Positions 43,888 to 55,646 of a stretch of 64,000 nucleotides of DNA are shown piece after piece. A program made the position numbers and the translations under genes. The stretch lies in assembly GCA_039588015.1 (NCBI GenBank), contig JBDHAS010000002.1, forward strand, positions 1,638 through 65,637, given 5' to 3'. This stretch comes from Gemmatimonadota bacterium (GTDB lineage Bacteria > Gemmatimonadota > Gemmatimonadetes > Palauibacterales > KS3-K002). The number at the start of each line of letters is the position of its first letter. Positions within the stretch are counted from its first letter, which is position 1. The notes beneath the pieces were generated by a model. It did not search any database and was not told the DNA's origin. It worked only from the letters and a program-made list of their open reading frames with translations.

Positions 43888-44870
43888 AGGCGCCGCTCCA
43901 CAGTGTAGTTGACCGCTTCAAGGAGCGCCGTTGCGCTCGGGCTTTCAGGCAGATCAGCAATCGCGGCAAGCGCCTCGTCGGCAAAGGAGCGCGCTTTCTC
44001 ACGCGCGAACTCGATTCCGCCTGCGGCCTCGGCTGCCTGGAGAACCTGCAGTATGATCCCGTCGTCCGGCTCGGGGTCGGCAAACAGAGCGTTTACAGCC
44101 AGTCGCTGCTTGCGGCTGAACCTGGGAAGCGCGGCGATCAGAGGAAGCGTGACCTTGTGCTCCCGCAGGTCCTGTCCGCACGGTTTGCCAGTTACGTCCT
44201 GGGTACCGGAATAGTCGAGGATATCGTCCACGACCTGAAATGCCATCCCGAGCGCGTAGCCGTACGCCTTCAGTCGCTTGCGGTACACGAGGTCGCCGAC
44301 CATGGTGCCCAACTCGCACGCCGCCGACATCAAAGACGCCGTCTTTGCGCCGATCAGTCGATAGTAGTCGTCCTCCGTGAACTTGAGGGAGTCATGCATG
44401 ACGAGCTGCCGCATCTCCCCGACGGTCATGGTGTTCGCAGCCTCGGCGAGTACCCCAATTACGTCGACTCGCTCGAGCTTCGTCATCTCCATGACCGATC
44501 GAGAGTACAGATAGTCGCCCATGATTATTGCGACCTGGTGTCCCCACACGGAATTCACGGTCGGCATTCCACGCCGCAACACCGAGTGATCGACGGCGTC
44601 GTCGTGGACGAGCGTGGCCAAGTGAACCGCTTCCACGACTGCCGCGAGCAGGCTGGCTTCTTTGGCCGGCTTGCCACCGATCTCGTTGCAGAGGAAAAGA
44701 AGCGTGGGTCTGAAGAGCTTCCCGCGCTTCAAGAGGATATAGTCGTTGACTTCCTCGATCAGATCGAACTCCTCCACGACCAGGCGCCGGATGGTATCCG
44801 CGAGCCCGTCGAGTCTCTCACGAACGGGTTCCTGTATCCGGTCTAGATCTGGAGGTGCGGTTCGCAGCAT
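43884..44870 (-). CDS. Polyprenyl diphosphate synthase
   Basis: HDDAVD..RRG, GDYL, KTA, FQVVDDILD. Confidence 0.95.
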   Translation of the reverse strand: MLRTAPPDLDRIQEPVRERLDGLADTIRRLVVEEFDLIEEVNDYILLKRGKLFRPTLLFLCNEIGGKPAKEASLLAAVVEAVHLATLVHDDAVDHSVLRRGMPTVNSVWGHQVAIIMGDYLYSRSVMEMTKLERVDVIGVLAEAANTMTVGEMRQLVMHDSLKFTEDDYYRLIGAKTASLMSAACELGTMVGDLVYRKRLKAYGYALGMAFQVVDDILDYSGTQDVTGKPCGQDLREHKVTLPLIAALPRFSRKQRLAVNALFADPEPDDGIILQVLQAAEAAGGIEFAREKARSFADEALAAIADLPESPSATALLEAVNYTVERRL

Positions 44871-44921
44871 ATGCGTGCCTCGCCAACGTCATCACATTCG
44901 TGTTGAGATGGTCTGGCGCAC

Positions 44922-44951
44922 ACTTTAGCGCGATTGGAGGAGGTTTGTCAA
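44922..44951 (-). promoter_or_regulatory. Sigma70 promoter for the polyprenyl synthase
   Basis: TTGACA, 18 bp spacer, TAAAGT. Confidence 0.65.
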
Positions 44952-44959
44952 AGGGGTAG

Positions 44960-47476
44960 TCACTGCCTCAGCGACGATACGCGCTTCGAGGCGTCTTTGA
45001 AGCGAACGTCACAGCCCATCACGCGCTCGTACCATTCGACGGCCGAAACCTTCTCGCCCAACTCCTCGTGGGCACGGCCCATGGCGTAATAGATCTCGAT
45101 CAGCTCCTCGTCCTTATGGCCCGGGGCCTGGGCAGCGCGCGAGAGGACCTTGAGAGCGATTCGATGATCACCCTTCTCGGCAAAACAAGCCCCGAGCATC
45201 TCGATGGCGCGAAGGCGGAACTCCGGATTGCGCGCCGCAATCTGGAACTCGGCAATCGCCTCATCCAGCAGACCCATATCCCTGTAGGCGCAGCCAAGAT
45301 CGTAGTGACTCGCCGAATCCTCCTTCTCGATAGCCTCGGACACCATCGACTTGAACTGCTTGAGCATCTCGGCGAAGTTGACGTCCGCTTCGCTTTGCGG
45401 GTCAGCTGCAGATACTCGGAAGCGCGTGCTCTTCGCCTCCGCCTTTTTCTCCTCGACGACGAGCGAGCGCAGATCGACGTACTGGTCCTTCTCCTGAGAT
45501 TTCGGGGTTTTCGACACCGCCGCTGGTTGCGCACCAGTCACCGCGCCGCCAAGTAGATCCAAGGCCGCGGTGGCACGATGGTTGTCAGGATCCAGCTCCA
45601 AGACTCGCGCGTATACGATCATGGCCTTGTTACTGGCGTCCGTGCGGTCGAGGCAGTCGGCCAAATCGAGATACGCCGGGATCAAGGCGCTGCGGTCCTT
45701 GGCCATCAGGGCCAGCTCCACCCGCTTCTGGTAAGCCCGCACGTCGTTCAGATCGACCTGCAACAGCTCGTCGATGACCCGTCGCGCGTCTTCAAAGCGG
45801 CCCTGGTCCTCAAAGGCCTGGGCGGCCTCGCCGAGATGGCGGATGGCCGCCTCACGGTCGCCGGCCTCCAAGAACGCTTCAGAGAGCTCGACGAGGATGT
45901 CCGGCGTGCGGCCGACGGCCTCGAGCTGAGACTCGAGCTCCCTAAGCCGGTCCGCGGGGGCGGCTTCAAGTTCCGGCTCGGTTTCGACTGCCGGCCCGTA
46001 ATCTACCGGCGGCCGAGCTTCTTCGACCGGCTGATCGACGGCGATAGGATCATCGACAGCGACGGGTTCTTCGCCGATGACCGGCTCGTCGAGCGGCAGC
46101 TCCGGCAGCTCGGGCGTCACTAACCCATACTCCTCGGCGGGTGGCTCCGCGCCCTCCGCAACGTCGACCTCCTCTTCGGCGGCGAGCGTCGTAGGGACTA
46201 TCTCGAGGCCTTCATCTCCGGCCAGCTCCGCATCCTCCGCCTCCGCCCATTCCTCGGGCTCTTCCAGCATGGTCGGTAGGATACCGACCTCGCCGGGAGA
46301 CACCTCGTCGCTGGGCTTTTCGAACCTACCGGCATCGCTGAACTCGGTCGGAACGATCTCGAGGTCCTCCTCGGCGAGAAACGCTTCGTCCACATCGGTC
46401 CCGGCTTCCGTGCCGACGAGGTCCGCCGGCAGGTCCTCGAGACCTTCCACGGCCGCCGTCTCACCGTGAGCCATCTCGGCCAGTCGATCCGGGTCCTCGA
46501 GGGTCGTTGGCATGAGCTCGATCGAACCTGCCGCGGGCGCCGACTCGTAAGCCTCCCGCTCTGTCTCAACGAGGTCCCCGGTTTCCGAGTCGAGCTGGAT
46601 CATGCCGTAGGCGCCGAGACCTTGTTGCTCGAGCGGTACCTCGGCAACCGGCTCGGCCACCACGGACTCAGCGGCGACAGGTTCGGGTTCCTCGGCGGCG
46701 GCGTCTGCATCAGCAGACTCCGATTCAGTAGACAAAGGCTCTTTCTTCGGAGGGGGCGCCGGTTCATCCTCGGGCTCGTCATAGGGCAGGATTTCCGGGA
46801 GATCCATGATGCCCACGGAGTCAGTGGCAGCCACCGTAGACTCCTCCGGCGGCTCGACTTCCGGATCCCTATGCGGCGCCAGCTGAAGGATCTGGTCTCG
46901 CACTTGCGCGGAATCGGCCTCACGGCCTTGCAGCCGGAGATCGCGCCACGCCAGGCGCAGCTCCTCCACGGCAGCGGCCTGGCGACCATGCCCCAGGAGT
47001 TGCTCCGCGACCATCAGCCGGATCTCCGGATCGGACGACACGTTGGCGAACTCGATGAGAGCGGAAAACGCCTCGTCCAGCTTGTTGGCCCTCTGCATCC
47101 GTTCGGCGTACTCGAGGAAATGCCTGCGGGCATCCGACAGGAATCCTTTGGCGGCTCCGATCTTGCCGAGTTTCAGGTAAGCCGAATGCTGGTTGGGCTT
47201 ATTGCGGAGAATCTTGTTGCAGAGAGCGATCGCGTTGTTGTAGAAACCGGCAGAGAGATGACCATCAGCTGCCTTCTCGTAGTGGTAGACTGCCTTGCCG
47301 ACGTCTCCTATCCGCCGGTAGAGATCACCGACACGATTGTAGAGCGCAGGATCGATCTCCCTGCGCGCTTTCCTGTCGGCCTCCATGGCGAGCTCATACG
47401 CTTCGATCGCGCGCTTCCAGTTCTCGCGCTGCTCGAAGTCCCTGGCCTTCTGCCTGTATAGAGCTCCCTCTCTCAT
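44960..47476 (-). CDS. Multi-TPR protein with acidic linker
   Basis: N- and C-terminal TPR arrays (LYNRVGDLY; SHYDLGCAYRDMGLLDEAI) separated by an acidic region. Confidence 0.88.
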   Translation of the reverse strand: MREGALYRQKARDFEQRENWKRAIEAYELAMEADRKARREIDPALYNRVGDLYRRIGDVGKAVYHYEKAADGHLSAGFYNNAIALCNKILRNKPNQHSAYLKLGKIGAAKGFLSDARRHFLEYAERMQRANKLDEAFSALIEFANVSSDPEIRLMVAEQLLGHGRQAAAVEELRLAWRDLRLQGREADSAQVRDQILQLAPHRDPEVEPPEESTVAATDSVGIMDLPEILPYDEPEDEPAPPPKKEPLSTESESADADAAAEEPEPVAAESVVAEPVAEVPLEQQGLGAYGMIQLDSETGDLVETEREAYESAPAAGSIELMPTTLEDPDRLAEMAHGETAAVEGLEDLPADLVGTEAGTDVDEAFLAEEDLEIVPTEFSDAGRFEKPSDEVSPGEVGILPTMLEEPEEWAEAEDAELAGDEGLEIVPTTLAAEEEVDVAEGAEPPAEEYGLVTPELPELPLDEPVIGEEPVAVDDPIAVDQPVEEARPPVDYGPAVETEPELEAAPADRLRELESQLEAVGRTPDILVELSEAFLEAGDREAAIRHLGEAAQAFEDQGRFEDARRVIDELLQVDLNDVRAYQKRVELALMAKDRSALIPAYLDLADCLDRTDASNKAMIVYARVLELDPDNHRATAALDLLGGAVTGAQPAAVSKTPKSQEKDQYVDLRSLVVEEKKAEAKSTRFRVSAADPQSEADVNFAEMLKQFKSMVSEAIEKEDSASHYDLGCAYRDMGLLDEAIAEFQIAARNPEFRLRAIEMLGACFAEKGDHRIALKVLSRAAQAPGHKDEELIEIYYAMGRAHEELGEKVSAVEWYERVMGCDVRFKDASKRVSSLRQ

Positions 47477-47567
47477 TCGCTCTCGTCTATACCTTCGTGT
47501 CTCTTAACCGCTCAACATGACCGGAGCCCGGGTTCCAGATCCAGACGCAAGCTTTCCCCGGCCCGAA

Positions 47568-47736
47568 CGACGGTCTTGTGTTCCGGATCTTGGCGCCGGC
47601 CTGAACGTGAGCGCCTGGTGACCTGGCTCGCTCCTCCACGGTTACGGGGGCACCCGGTTGCCCTCACCCCACCCAAGCCTATCGCGAAGTGACCATCAAG
47701 ACAAGGTATGTTGCGCCGCTCTAGACAACCCGTCGT
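47568..47736. ncRNA. Candidate structured RNA (possibly 6S-like)
   Basis: Nested inverted repeats in the intergenic gap: GTCTTG/CAAGAC, AACGTG/CACGGTT, GAGCG/CGCTC. Identity and strand not established. Confidence 0.3.
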
Positions 47737-48968
47737 CCCCGCTTCCAGACAGCGACGCAATGGTTGCTGCCGTACAAATAGGGGATCAAACGGTAGTCTG
47801 GGACACCGAAGGCAGCGATGTCCGCTGGGGCCCCGGGCTCCAGGGTTCCGCGCCCATCTTGTAGCTGCAGAGCCGCGGCTCCGTTCGCCGTCGCTGCCAC
47901 CAACACCTCCGCCGGCGACATGCCCAGCCTGCTACAGGCAACGCTCATCACGATCTGCAGGTTGACCGTGGGCGACGAACCCGGATTGAAATCAGTGGCG
48001 AGGGCGACGGCTGCCCCCCGGTCAATGAGCTCGCGGGCCGGCGGGTAGTTGTCCTTGCCCAAGAAGAGCAGTGTCCCTGGAAGAAGCGTCGCGACCGTAT
48101 CTGATCCGGCGAGCGCGTCGATGCCAGCTTCGGAAATGGCTCCGAGATGATCGGCAGAAGCCGCCCCGAATCCGGCAGCCAGTTCAGCGCCACCGCTGGA
48201 CTCGAACTCATCAGCATGAATCCGCGGCACGAGCCCATGCTCGACGGCCGCCGAGACGATGCGCCGGGTCTCGTCGGGCGTATACACGCCTGGCTCCATG
48301 AACACATCGCAGAACGTAGCCAGGCCCGACTCTGCCACCGCGGGGATCATCACACTGGCAACGAGCTCGACGTACTCATCCCGGCGTTTCCGAAATTCCG
48401 CGGGGAAGGAGTGTGCGCCGAGAAAGGTGGGAACGAGATCGATCCACTCTTCCTCGGACAACCTCCGGATGACGCGGAGCATTTTCAGCTCGTCGTCCAA
48501 GGTTAGCCCGTAGCCGCTCTTCACCTCCACTGTGGTGGTACCGTGCTCCAGCATTCGCCGCAGCCTCGCGCGGCCGAGTTCGGCCAGCTCCTGTTCGGAG
48601 CGTTCGCGAAGATCCTGTACGGATGCATTGATACCGCCGCCGCGCTTCGCGATCTCCATGTACGGGACACCGGCGCAGCGTAGCTCGTACTCGTCCAGCC
48701 GCCAGCGCCCGAAGACGGCGTGGGTGTGCGAGTCGACAAGTCCGGGCGTCAACACATGACCGCCAAGATCGACCCGCTGAGCGTCCGCGAAGCGCTCGCG
48801 GAACTCCTGCTGAGTCCCGACCGCCTCCACGCGCCCATCCTGCACGACGACGGCTCCATCTTGAACGAGCCCTACCGCGGACAACGCACCGCCCCGGCGC
48901 GGCTTCGCGCCTCCCGGGCACGTCAAGACCTGCGTAGCTTCCAGAACCAGCAGATCGTGCTCAGGCAT
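47721..48968 (-). CDS. hutI: Imidazolonepropionase
   Basis: [26 protein letters not shown]. Confidence 0.95.
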   Translation of the reverse strand: MPEHDLLVLEATQVLTCPGGAKPRRGGALSAVGLVQDGAVVVQDGRVEAVGTQQEFRERFADAQRVDLGGHVLTPGLVDSHTHAVFGRWRLDEYELRCAGVPYMEIAKRGGGINASVQDLRERSEQELAELGRARLRRMLEHGTTTVEVKSGYGLTLDDELKMLRVIRRLSEEEWIDLVPTFLGAHSFPAEFRKRRDEYVELVASVMIPAVAESGLATFCDVFMEPGVYTPDETRRIVSAAVEHGLVPRIHADEFESSGGAELAAGFGAASADHLGAISEAGIDALAGSDTVATLLPGTLLFLGKDNYPPARELIDRGAAVALATDFNPGSSPTVNLQIVMSVACSRLGMSPAEVLVAATANGAAALQLQDGRGTLEPGAPADIAAFGVPDYRLIPYLYGSNHCVAVWKRGRRVV

Positions 48969-50631
48969 CGGTCATCGGGATCTTGATAGCTTGCTGTCGC
49001 GCCGTTTCGCGAGCCCGCGCGTACCCGGCATCAGCGTGACGAGCCACACCGATGCCCGGGTCATTGGTCAATACGCGCTCTAGCCGCTGGGCGGCTTCCG
49101 GGGTGCCGTCAGCCACGATCACTTGCCCTGCGTGCAGCGAATCTCCTATTCCGACGCCGCCACCATGGTGGAAGCTGACCCAAGAAGCCCCGCTCGCGAC
49201 ATTCAACAAGGCATTGAGGATCGGCCAATCTGCGATCGCGTCGCTGCCGTCCATCATGCCCTCGGTCTCGCGGAACGGACTGGCCACCGAACCGGTGTCG
49301 AGGTGGTCCCGGCCGATCACGATCGGCGCCAAAATCTCGCCGCGCGCGACGAGCTCGTTGATGGCCAGGCCGAACCTGGCCCGCTCGCCCTGGCCCAACC
49401 AGCAGATCCGTGACGGTAGCCCCTGAAACGCCACCCGCTCACTCGCCATCCTGATCCAGCGGTCCAACGCCTCGTCCTCTGGGAACAGGTCTAGTACCAG
49501 TTCGTCGGTGCGATGGATGTCGGAAGGCTCGCCGGATAGCGCCACCCACCGGAACGGCCCCTTGCCTAGGCAGAAAAGCGGGCGCACATACGCCGGCACG
49601 AAGCCCGCGAAGTCGAACGCGTTCTCGACCCCGGCATCCCGCGCCTGTGCCCGAATGTTGTTACCGTAGTCGAACGCTATGGCGCCCTGCCGCTGCATAT
49701 CGAGCATCGCTCGGACGTGCGAGGCCATCGACTCCATCGCCCGCGAAACATAGCCTTCGGGGTCGCGCTCCCGCAGAGACGCTGCCTCGTCCAGTGTTAG
49801 TCCGCCCGGAACATATCCGTTCAGCGCGTCGTGGGCGCTCGTTTGGTCCGTCACCAGGTCCGGCGTGATTCCTCTCCGCACAATCTCGGGAAGGACGTCG
49901 GCACAGTTGCCTACGAGGCCGACCGAGAGGGCTTCCCCACGCTCCCGCGCGTTCAGAACCAGATCCAGAGCTTCGTCGATGTCTTCGGTAGCCCGATCCA
50001 GGTAACGCGTCCCAAGACGCCGCTCGATGCGTGCCGGATCGACCTCGACGCCGAGGAAGGCGCCGCCGTTCATCGTCGCGGCGAGGGGCTGAGCTCCTCC
50101 CATCCCGCCGAGGCCGCCGGTGAGCAAGAAACGTCCGGTCAACGACCCATCGAAATGCGTGCGGGCGGCTGCGGCGAAGGTCTCGTAGGTTCCCTGCAGA
50201 ATCCCTTGCGTGCCGATGTAGATCCACGAGCCGGCCGTCATCTGCCCGAACATGATGAGGCCTTTGCGCTCCAGATCCCTGAAATAGTCCCAGTTGGCCC
50301 AGCGGCCTACCAAGTTGGCATTGGCGATCAGCACTCTGGGCGCGTGCTCGTAGGTGCGAAAGACGCCAACCGGCTTGCCGCTTTGAACCAAGAGCGTCTC
50401 ATCGTCATCGAGCTCGCGCAGCGACGCGACGATGGCGTCGAAAGCTTCCCACGACCGGGCGGCCCTTCCGGAGCCCCCGTAGATGATCAGCTCTTCCGGC
50501 TTCTCGGCCACGTCAGGGTCGAGGTTGTTCATCAGCATTCTCAGCGCCGCTTCCTGCTGCCAGCCCTTGCAGGATATCTCTGTACCGCGCGGAGCGCGTA
50601 CCGTGCGAGACTGACCGATCACAGATGACAT
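48961..50631 (-). CDS. hutU: Urocanate hydratase
   Basis: [37 protein letters not shown]. Confidence 0.97.
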   Translation of the reverse strand: MSSVIGQSRTVRAPRGTEISCKGWQQEAALRMLMNNLDPDVAEKPEELIIYGGSGRAARSWEAFDAIVASLRELDDDETLLVQSGKPVGVFRTYEHAPRVLIANANLVGRWANWDYFRDLERKGLIMFGQMTAGSWIYIGTQGILQGTYETFAAAARTHFDGSLTGRFLLTGGLGGMGGAQPLAATMNGGAFLGVEVDPARIERRLGTRYLDRATEDIDEALDLVLNARERGEALSVGLVGNCADVLPEIVRRGITPDLVTDQTSAHDALNGYVPGGLTLDEAASLRERDPEGYVSRAMESMASHVRAMLDMQRQGAIAFDYGNNIRAQARDAGVENAFDFAGFVPAYVRPLFCLGKGPFRWVALSGEPSDIHRTDELVLDLFPEDEALDRWIRMASERVAFQGLPSRICWLGQGERARFGLAINELVARGEILAPIVIGRDHLDTGSVASPFRETEGMMDGSDAIADWPILNALLNVASGASWVSFHHGGGVGIGDSLHAGQVIVADGTPEAAQRLERVLTNDPGIGVARHADAGYARARETARQQAIKIPMTDA

Positions 50632-50668
50632 CGCCTCCCTCCGATTCCAGACTGCGGCAGCGCCAGGA

Positions 50669-53524
50669 CTACCTGGAATCCTGCCGGTAGTCGAACTTGA
50701 TGTCACGCAAGTCGTTGTGGTTTATCCTGAAATTGAATACGAAGTTTCCGTTGGACGCTTGCCAGAACTCGAACGTCGCCGACCAACGATGCAAATCACG
50801 CCGTAGTGAGAGCGTGTGATCGACGAAGTTCGTGCCTCTCAGATCGTACGTGGTCCGCCAGCTCATGGTCCAGTTCTGCGTCGGACTGAAACCGAGATTC
50901 GCCCGGATGGTCTGAGAATTCGTCGGCGGCGGGGCCTCCGGATCCGGCCGGGGCCGCTGCCGTACCAAGCTGTAGTTCACGTTGAGGCTCCATGGCCGCC
51001 TAGCCCCTTCGTCTTCCTCGCGCTCGCGGGGACCGGCCTGCGGTTCCTGCCCTTCCCCAGGAAACATCCCGAACTCGTCTTCCTCGAAGCTGCGAGCACT
51101 CGGGACTATCCCGGGATCGCTGCGGAGACCGCCGCTCGTCTCACCGAACAGTCCCGCTACGGTGCGGTCGCCGATGGAGAAACCCAGGTTAAGCTGGGTC
51201 AGGAACGGATCGAAGTTGCGGCCGCTCTCTCCCTCCTCGAAGAGATCGTGGTCGAACCGTAGGGTCAGGCCGCGCAACACGTCGGATGTCACCGAGTTCG
51301 ATACCTGCCCGGTGATCACCTTGCCCGTCACGAAATCGTAAGCCAACGTCGAGGTCCGGATCGCCAGCAGAGTGAGTTTGCGCGCCTGCGCCTCCTGTTG
51401 CGCGACCGTCGTATCGCCGGGAGCCTCCCCCTCCCCCCCCTCTACCTGTGCTACCTCCTCACCCTCCTCGTCAGGACCGCGTGGCTTGAGCTTGGCCTCG
51501 AAGGTCTGCGAGAAAACCATGCTGATTTGGTGTCTGGCCTCCGACGCCGACGCCGGGACTCCAAGCTCTTCCAACTCCGGAGACGGCTCTACCTTGGGAC
51601 TATATGCCCAGTTGAACGCCGGCGAGAACTTGTGCCGGATCCGTTCCAGCGGCCCCACGCCAGGGAAGAATCCATAGACATCCGCGTTCAGCGATGCGCT
51701 CGTGGATATCCGGGTCGGCAGAGACACGTAGCTGAGGCCCGTCTGGTTCGAGCGGAAGAGGCTGCCATCCATGTTCACCGATGGCGTGATGCTGGTAGAC
51801 CCGATCAGCCGCTGCTGATATCCGACCGAGGTACGCCAAGATATCGTTCCCTCCCGGGCTCTGGGACCGATTACGGTGATGGGGCCGGTCGCATCGCCAT
51901 CCTGTACCAAGTCCGTGGTGTATTCCAGCGTCTGCTCCCGCATATTCGCGCTGGAATTCCACCGCACGCTGCCGAGGTTGAGGTTCGAGGTCAGGCCGCC
52001 GGCTGCGACCGCACGGCCCGGTTGGCCCGGCGTGTCGGTCGTAACTCGATTGAAGTTCGTACTGCCGGTCCAGGTCAGGCCGTTGTACCAACGCGCTTCT
52101 AGCGGCGACCGGGCAGGAGTCAGCACTATCGGTGATAACGTGATCGAGAATTGCGGCAGCGTCATCGTAGTCGCATCGCCCTCCGAGATCGGCTGCACGC
52201 GCTGCGCGCTCAGATTCGCGGAACCCCAATCGAACCGTCTGGAGAATCCGATGTTCGAGCGGATATTCTGAGTCAGGCGCTCGGGATTGAACTCGTTTTC
52301 ACGATTGAATTGCTGACTCGATACGAATTGGACCGACGCACGCAGGTCAGTGCGTTCCCCAAACTTCTGGCTGTGATTCCAAGACCCCGATATCTCTCTG
52401 CCGTCCGGTCGAAAGAACTGAGAGAGACCGAGGCGGCCATCAAGAAACTTCTGGCGCCAGCGATAGCGGAAGAACGTATCGAAACGCGTCCAATTGTCGC
52501 TCCACCAATCCATGCTGAACTGAGCGTCCATGTAGTCGCTGATCGCCCAGTAGTAGCCGACGTTGGAGATATGCCTATTGTAGCCGCTGCTGTTCCGAAC
52601 GATGTCGTTGAAACCGAAGCGAAGGGTGAGTAACCCGCTGTGACGGCCTCGGCGAATGTCCTGCGCCATGAAAGGGAACCAGAACACCGGTACATCACCG
52701 AAGTAGAGACGCACCGGCCATGCCACGACGATGTGGCCCAGGACGAGCTTGATCCTGTCGGACTCGAAGCGGTAGTGCGGCTCGGACAGATCACACGACG
52801 TGAAATGGCCCGCTCTCACCCAAAGGGTGTCGGTGCCCTCGAGCGTGAAGTTCCCCTCTACGTTCCACACCTCCCACTGGGTCTTGCCGCCGACCACGGT
52901 GCCTATTCTGCGTTCGGTGTGGTAGAAGAGCGGACCTTCCTCGCTGTCGACCTCTTCGCCGTTGGCGTTGACCAGCTTCGATTTGCCGTAGGCAGTAACG
53001 AACCGCGTCTGGCCTTCGTAGACGACCGAATCCGCAGACAACGTCTCGCCTGCCCTCTCGATGTTGGCCCTTTGTCGGATATGAATGGAGCGATCCTGCG
53101 TAGAGAACTGTAACGTATCGCCGCGGTAGACCACGGGACGGTAGCCCGGGCGTTCCATCAGCGCTTGCATGATCGAGTCCGGACTCGGGAACGGATCGGA
53201 AGGTGCCGCCAGCGAGTCGGCAGCCAGTGAATCAGCGGCCAGGCTATCGGCTCGGTCCGGACGCTCCTCCTCCGCGTCCCTTTGCCTCTGTCTCCGGCGC
53301 TCCTCCCTGGTCGTGTCCTGCGGGAAAGCCGTTCCTGGACGTAGTCCGCCGCGCGAAGTGGCAGCCGTCAGATCGGAAACGGACGCAACGAGGCAGGCCA
53401 GCGCGACCGCAGGCAGAACGACCTGCGTCCACGGCGAGAGAAGATCAGTCGGCGATCGCCTGCGAGCTCTCTGCGGCAATCTGCCGACGACCCACCATCG
53501 CAACGAGGAGGATCGAAAACTCAT
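50669..53524 (-). CDS. lptD: Putative LPS assembly protein LptD (start uncertain)
   Basis: FTSCD..PHY motif, P..YFGDVP, long beta-strand-rich C-terminus ending RDLHRW. Confidence 0.8.
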   Translation of the reverse strand: MSFRSSSLRWWVVGRLPQRARRRSPTDLLSPWTQVVLPAVALACLVASVSDLTAATSRGGLRPGTAFPQDTTREERRRQRQRDAEEERPDRADSLAADSLAADSLAAPSDPFPSPDSIMQALMERPGYRPVVYRGDTLQFSTQDRSIHIRQRANIERAGETLSADSVVYEGQTRFVTAYGKSKLVNANGEEVDSEEGPLFYHTERRIGTVVGGKTQWEVWNVEGNFTLEGTDTLWVRAGHFTSCDLSEPHYRFESDRIKLVLGHIVVAWPVRLYFGDVPVFWFPFMAQDIRRGRHSGLLTLRFGFNDIVRNSSGYNRHISNVGYYWAISDYMDAQFSMDWWSDNWTRFDTFFRYRWRQKFLDGRLGLSQFFRPDGREISGSWNHSQKFGERTDLRASVQFVSSQQFNRENEFNPERLTQNIRSNIGFSRRFDWGSANLSAQRVQPISEGDATTMTLPQFSITLSPIVLTPARSPLEARWYNGLTWTGSTNFNRVTTDTPGQPGRAVAAGGLTSNLNLGSVRWNSSANMREQTLEYTTDLVQDGDATGPITVIGPRAREGTISWRTSVGYQQRLIGSTSITPSVNMDGSLFRSNQTGLSYVSLPTRISTSASLNADVYGFFPGVGPLERIRHKFSPAFNWAYSPKVEPSPELEELGVPASASEARHQISMVFSQTFEAKLKPRGPDEEGEEVAQVEGGEGEAPGDTTVAQQEAQARKLTLLAIRTSTLAYDFVTGKVITGQVSNSVTSDVLRGLTLRFDHDLFEEGESGRNFDPFLTQLNLGFSIGDRTVAGLFGETSGGLRSDPGIVPSARSFEEDEFGMFPGEGQEPQAGPREREEDEGARRPWSLNVNYSLVRQRPRPDPEAPPPTNSQTIRANLGFSPTQNWTMSWRTTYDLRGTNFVDHTLSLRRDLHRWSATFEFWQASNGNFVFNFRINHNDLRDIKFDYRQDSR

Positions 53525-54251
53525 ACAAGATCACTAGCGGTCCCATCATCATCAGCATCGTGAGCACGTCGGCCGGAGTCAATATGGCCGAGACGACCGC
53601 AACGCCAACGAGCGCGTGTCGCCGAAAACGCCTCAGGGTGTCCGCAGTTATCAGCCCCAGGACCGCTAGCAAGAGCGACACCAGCGGCAACTCAAATATG
53701 ACGCCGAACGCCAGAATCAAGCGAGTCGCGAAACGCAGGTACTCGCCGATAGTGATTATTGGAGTCAACGCCTCAGTCTGAAACCCGAGCAGGAAGCGAA
53801 GGCCCAGAGGCAGCACGAGGAAGTAGGCCATCGCTACACCCATCAGGAAGAGGACGAACCCGCCGAGGACGGCCGGGATTACCACTTTCTTCTCCTTCTC
53901 GAACAGAGCCGGCGACAAGAAGGACCACGTGTGGTAGACGATGATGGGCAGAGCCATGATGATGCCGAACACGAACGCGAGTTTCAGGGTAACCGTCATC
54001 GGCTCCGTCGGACTCGTGAACAGGAGCTGGCCACCAGGAACGACCGAGGTGAAGTCCGGCGACGCGGTCAGGTTCTCCATCGCCTCGACGAAGGGGAGCT
54101 TCAGCAGGCCGATTATGTTGAATTGGGTAACGATGAAGAACCCGGCCACCGAGAGGCTGAGTACAGAGACCGCGACCCAGATCAGGCGCGATCTCAGCTC
54201 CTCGAGGTGATCCAGGAAAGGCATCTCGGCGGCGCCCTTCATGCGTTTCAA
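53445..54251 (-). CDS. tatC: Twin-arginine translocase TatC
   Basis: MPFLDHLEELRSRL, FELP, LTPAD, LYE. Confidence 0.95.
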   Translation of the reverse strand: MKRMKGAAEMPFLDHLEELRSRLIWVAVSVLSLSVAGFFIVTQFNIIGLLKLPFVEAMENLTASPDFTSVVPGGQLLFTSPTEPMTVTLKLAFVFGIIMALPIIVYHTWSFLSPALFEKEKKVVIPAVLGGFVLFLMGVAMAYFLVLPLGLRFLLGFQTEALTPIITIGEYLRFATRLILAFGVIFELPLVSLLLAVLGLITADTLRRFRRHALVGVAVVSAILTPADVLTMLMMMGPLVILYEFSILLVAMVGRRQIAAESSQAIAD

Positions 54252-54793
54252 CGCTTGCTCCTCCTGTCCTTTCCGCTTGTCTTCGGACCTTCATCTTTCA
54301 GCACAGACTCGAGGAAATCGAGCTGGGCTGCGTCGTATTCGCCGCGGGCCGCAAGTTCCCTGATTGCCTCCAAATACTCCTCGGGGTCCTGAAAGTTCGT
54401 GTATACCGATGCAAAGCGTACGTAGGCGACCTGGTCCAGGTCCCGCAAAGCGTCCATCACCTGCTCGCCGATCTGCCAGCTCTCGACTTCGCCCGACTCG
54501 CTCCGCTGGAGGCTCTCTTCTATGCCGTCGACTATCCCTTCGATTTGTTGTAGAGTCACCGGGCGTTTCGCGCAGGCGAATTGAATTCCGCGAATGAGTT
54601 TGGTTCGATCATACGGCTCCACGCTGTCGTCCCGCTTCTTGATCGAGAGAGGGCGCTCCTCGACGACCTCATAGGTCGTGAATCGACTCCCACACTGCTG
54701 GCACTGGCGGCGGCGGCGTACAGCACGCCCTTCCCGACTCGTTCGCGAGTCGATAACCCCATTCTTTGTGTGACCACAATAGGGACAGCGCAT
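54248..54793 (-). CDS. nrdR: Transcriptional repressor NrdR
   Basis: MRCPYC..RRRRQC..CGSRFTTYE, ATP cone, AYVRFASVY. Confidence 0.97.
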   Translation of the reverse strand: MRCPYCGHTKNGVIDSRTSREGRAVRRRRQCQQCGSRFTTYEVVEERPLSIKKRDDSVEPYDRTKLIRGIQFACAKRPVTLQQIEGIVDGIEESLQRSESGEVESWQIGEQVMDALRDLDQVAYVRFASVYTNFQDPEEYLEAIRELAARGEYDAAQLDFLESVLKDEGPKTSGKDRRSKR

Positions 54794-54836
54794 CGAGGAA
54801 GGAATGAGTTGCCCGGTACCGTGCCGGGCTTGCGGC

Positions 54837-55622
54837 CTAGCGGCAGTTCAGCCGCTCGGCCTGGTCCCGTGCCAGCCGGGATTCATCGCTCCGCGGATAG
54901 CCCGCCAACACACGTTGAAAGTACTGACAAGCGCTGTCTTTGTTCCCCTGCTCCACCTGCAGAAGACCGGCCTTGTACAGCGCTGTGGGCGCCGCCCGGG
55001 AATTCGGGTAAAGCTCCACGACCCGGTTGTATTCCCGTATCGCGAGATCCACCTCATCTTCCATGCGATACGTTTCCGCCATGTAGTATTGGGCGTCGGG
55101 CGCAAGCTCGTCGGCCGGATAGTCGACAAGGAACTCCTCGAAACCCGCGCGTGCCGTATTGTAGGCCTCGCGCCGGAACTGTTCGATCGCAGCGGCATAG
55201 AGGGAACGGGCGTCACCACCCGCTCCCTCTACTATTTCACCGGCCCGCGCGCCGGCGCTGTCGACGGGCACGATCGTTCCCATCTCCTCCCGGACCGCCT
55301 GACGCTGTTCCATTCGCTCGCGGAGGTTGTTCAGTACGATCTGGCTTTGGCCCAGCAGCTCCTGGATCTCGACGAGCTGGCGCTCCATGTCATCCAACTG
55401 TCGCAGCAGATCGCCACGCACCGTCACAAACAGCGACCGTTGTGCTTCCAGCGCGACGGAGACCGATTCGTCCAAATCAGCCACCGTCTCCGAGATCTCA
55501 TCCTGTCTGGCCTGCACCGCAGCCAGTTCGGCGCGGATGCTATCGACGTCTTTTTTGGTCGCGCAGGCGCCCAAACCCACGCCAGCGACGATCAATGCCA
55601 ACCCCGCGACGCGACTTCTCAT
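54837..55622 (-). CDS. cpoB: Tol-Pal protein CpoB/YbgF
   Basis: Lipobox LGAC, coiled coil and TPR; follows pal. Confidence 0.88.
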   Translation of the reverse strand: MRSRVAGLALIVAGVGLGACATKKDVDSIRAELAAVQARQDEISETVADLDESVSVALEAQRSLFVTVRGDLLRQLDDMERQLVEIQELLGQSQIVLNNLRERMEQRQAVREEMGTIVPVDSAGARAGEIVEGAGGDARSLYAAAIEQFRREAYNTARAGFEEFLVDYPADELAPDAQYYMAETYRMEDEVDLAIREYNRVVELYPNSRAAPTALYKAGLLQVEQGNKDSACQYFQRVLAGYPRSDESRLARDQAERLNCR

Positions 55623-55646
55623 CTGGCGGCGTCCTTGCGATTCGGA

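Noticed and set aside
47605-47640. SAH-riboswitch-like words (GAGGAGCG..GGCGCTCAC) on the minus strand
   Set aside because: The intervening conserved elements are missing and the downstream gene is unrelated; a simple hairpin explains it.
47721-50631. hutU-hutI without hutH/hutG
   Set aside because: Split hut loci are common, and the remaining genes may lie outside the window.
53205-53255. ADSLA x3 repeat in the LptD-like N-terminus
   Set aside because: Ordinary low-complexity linker after the signal peptide.
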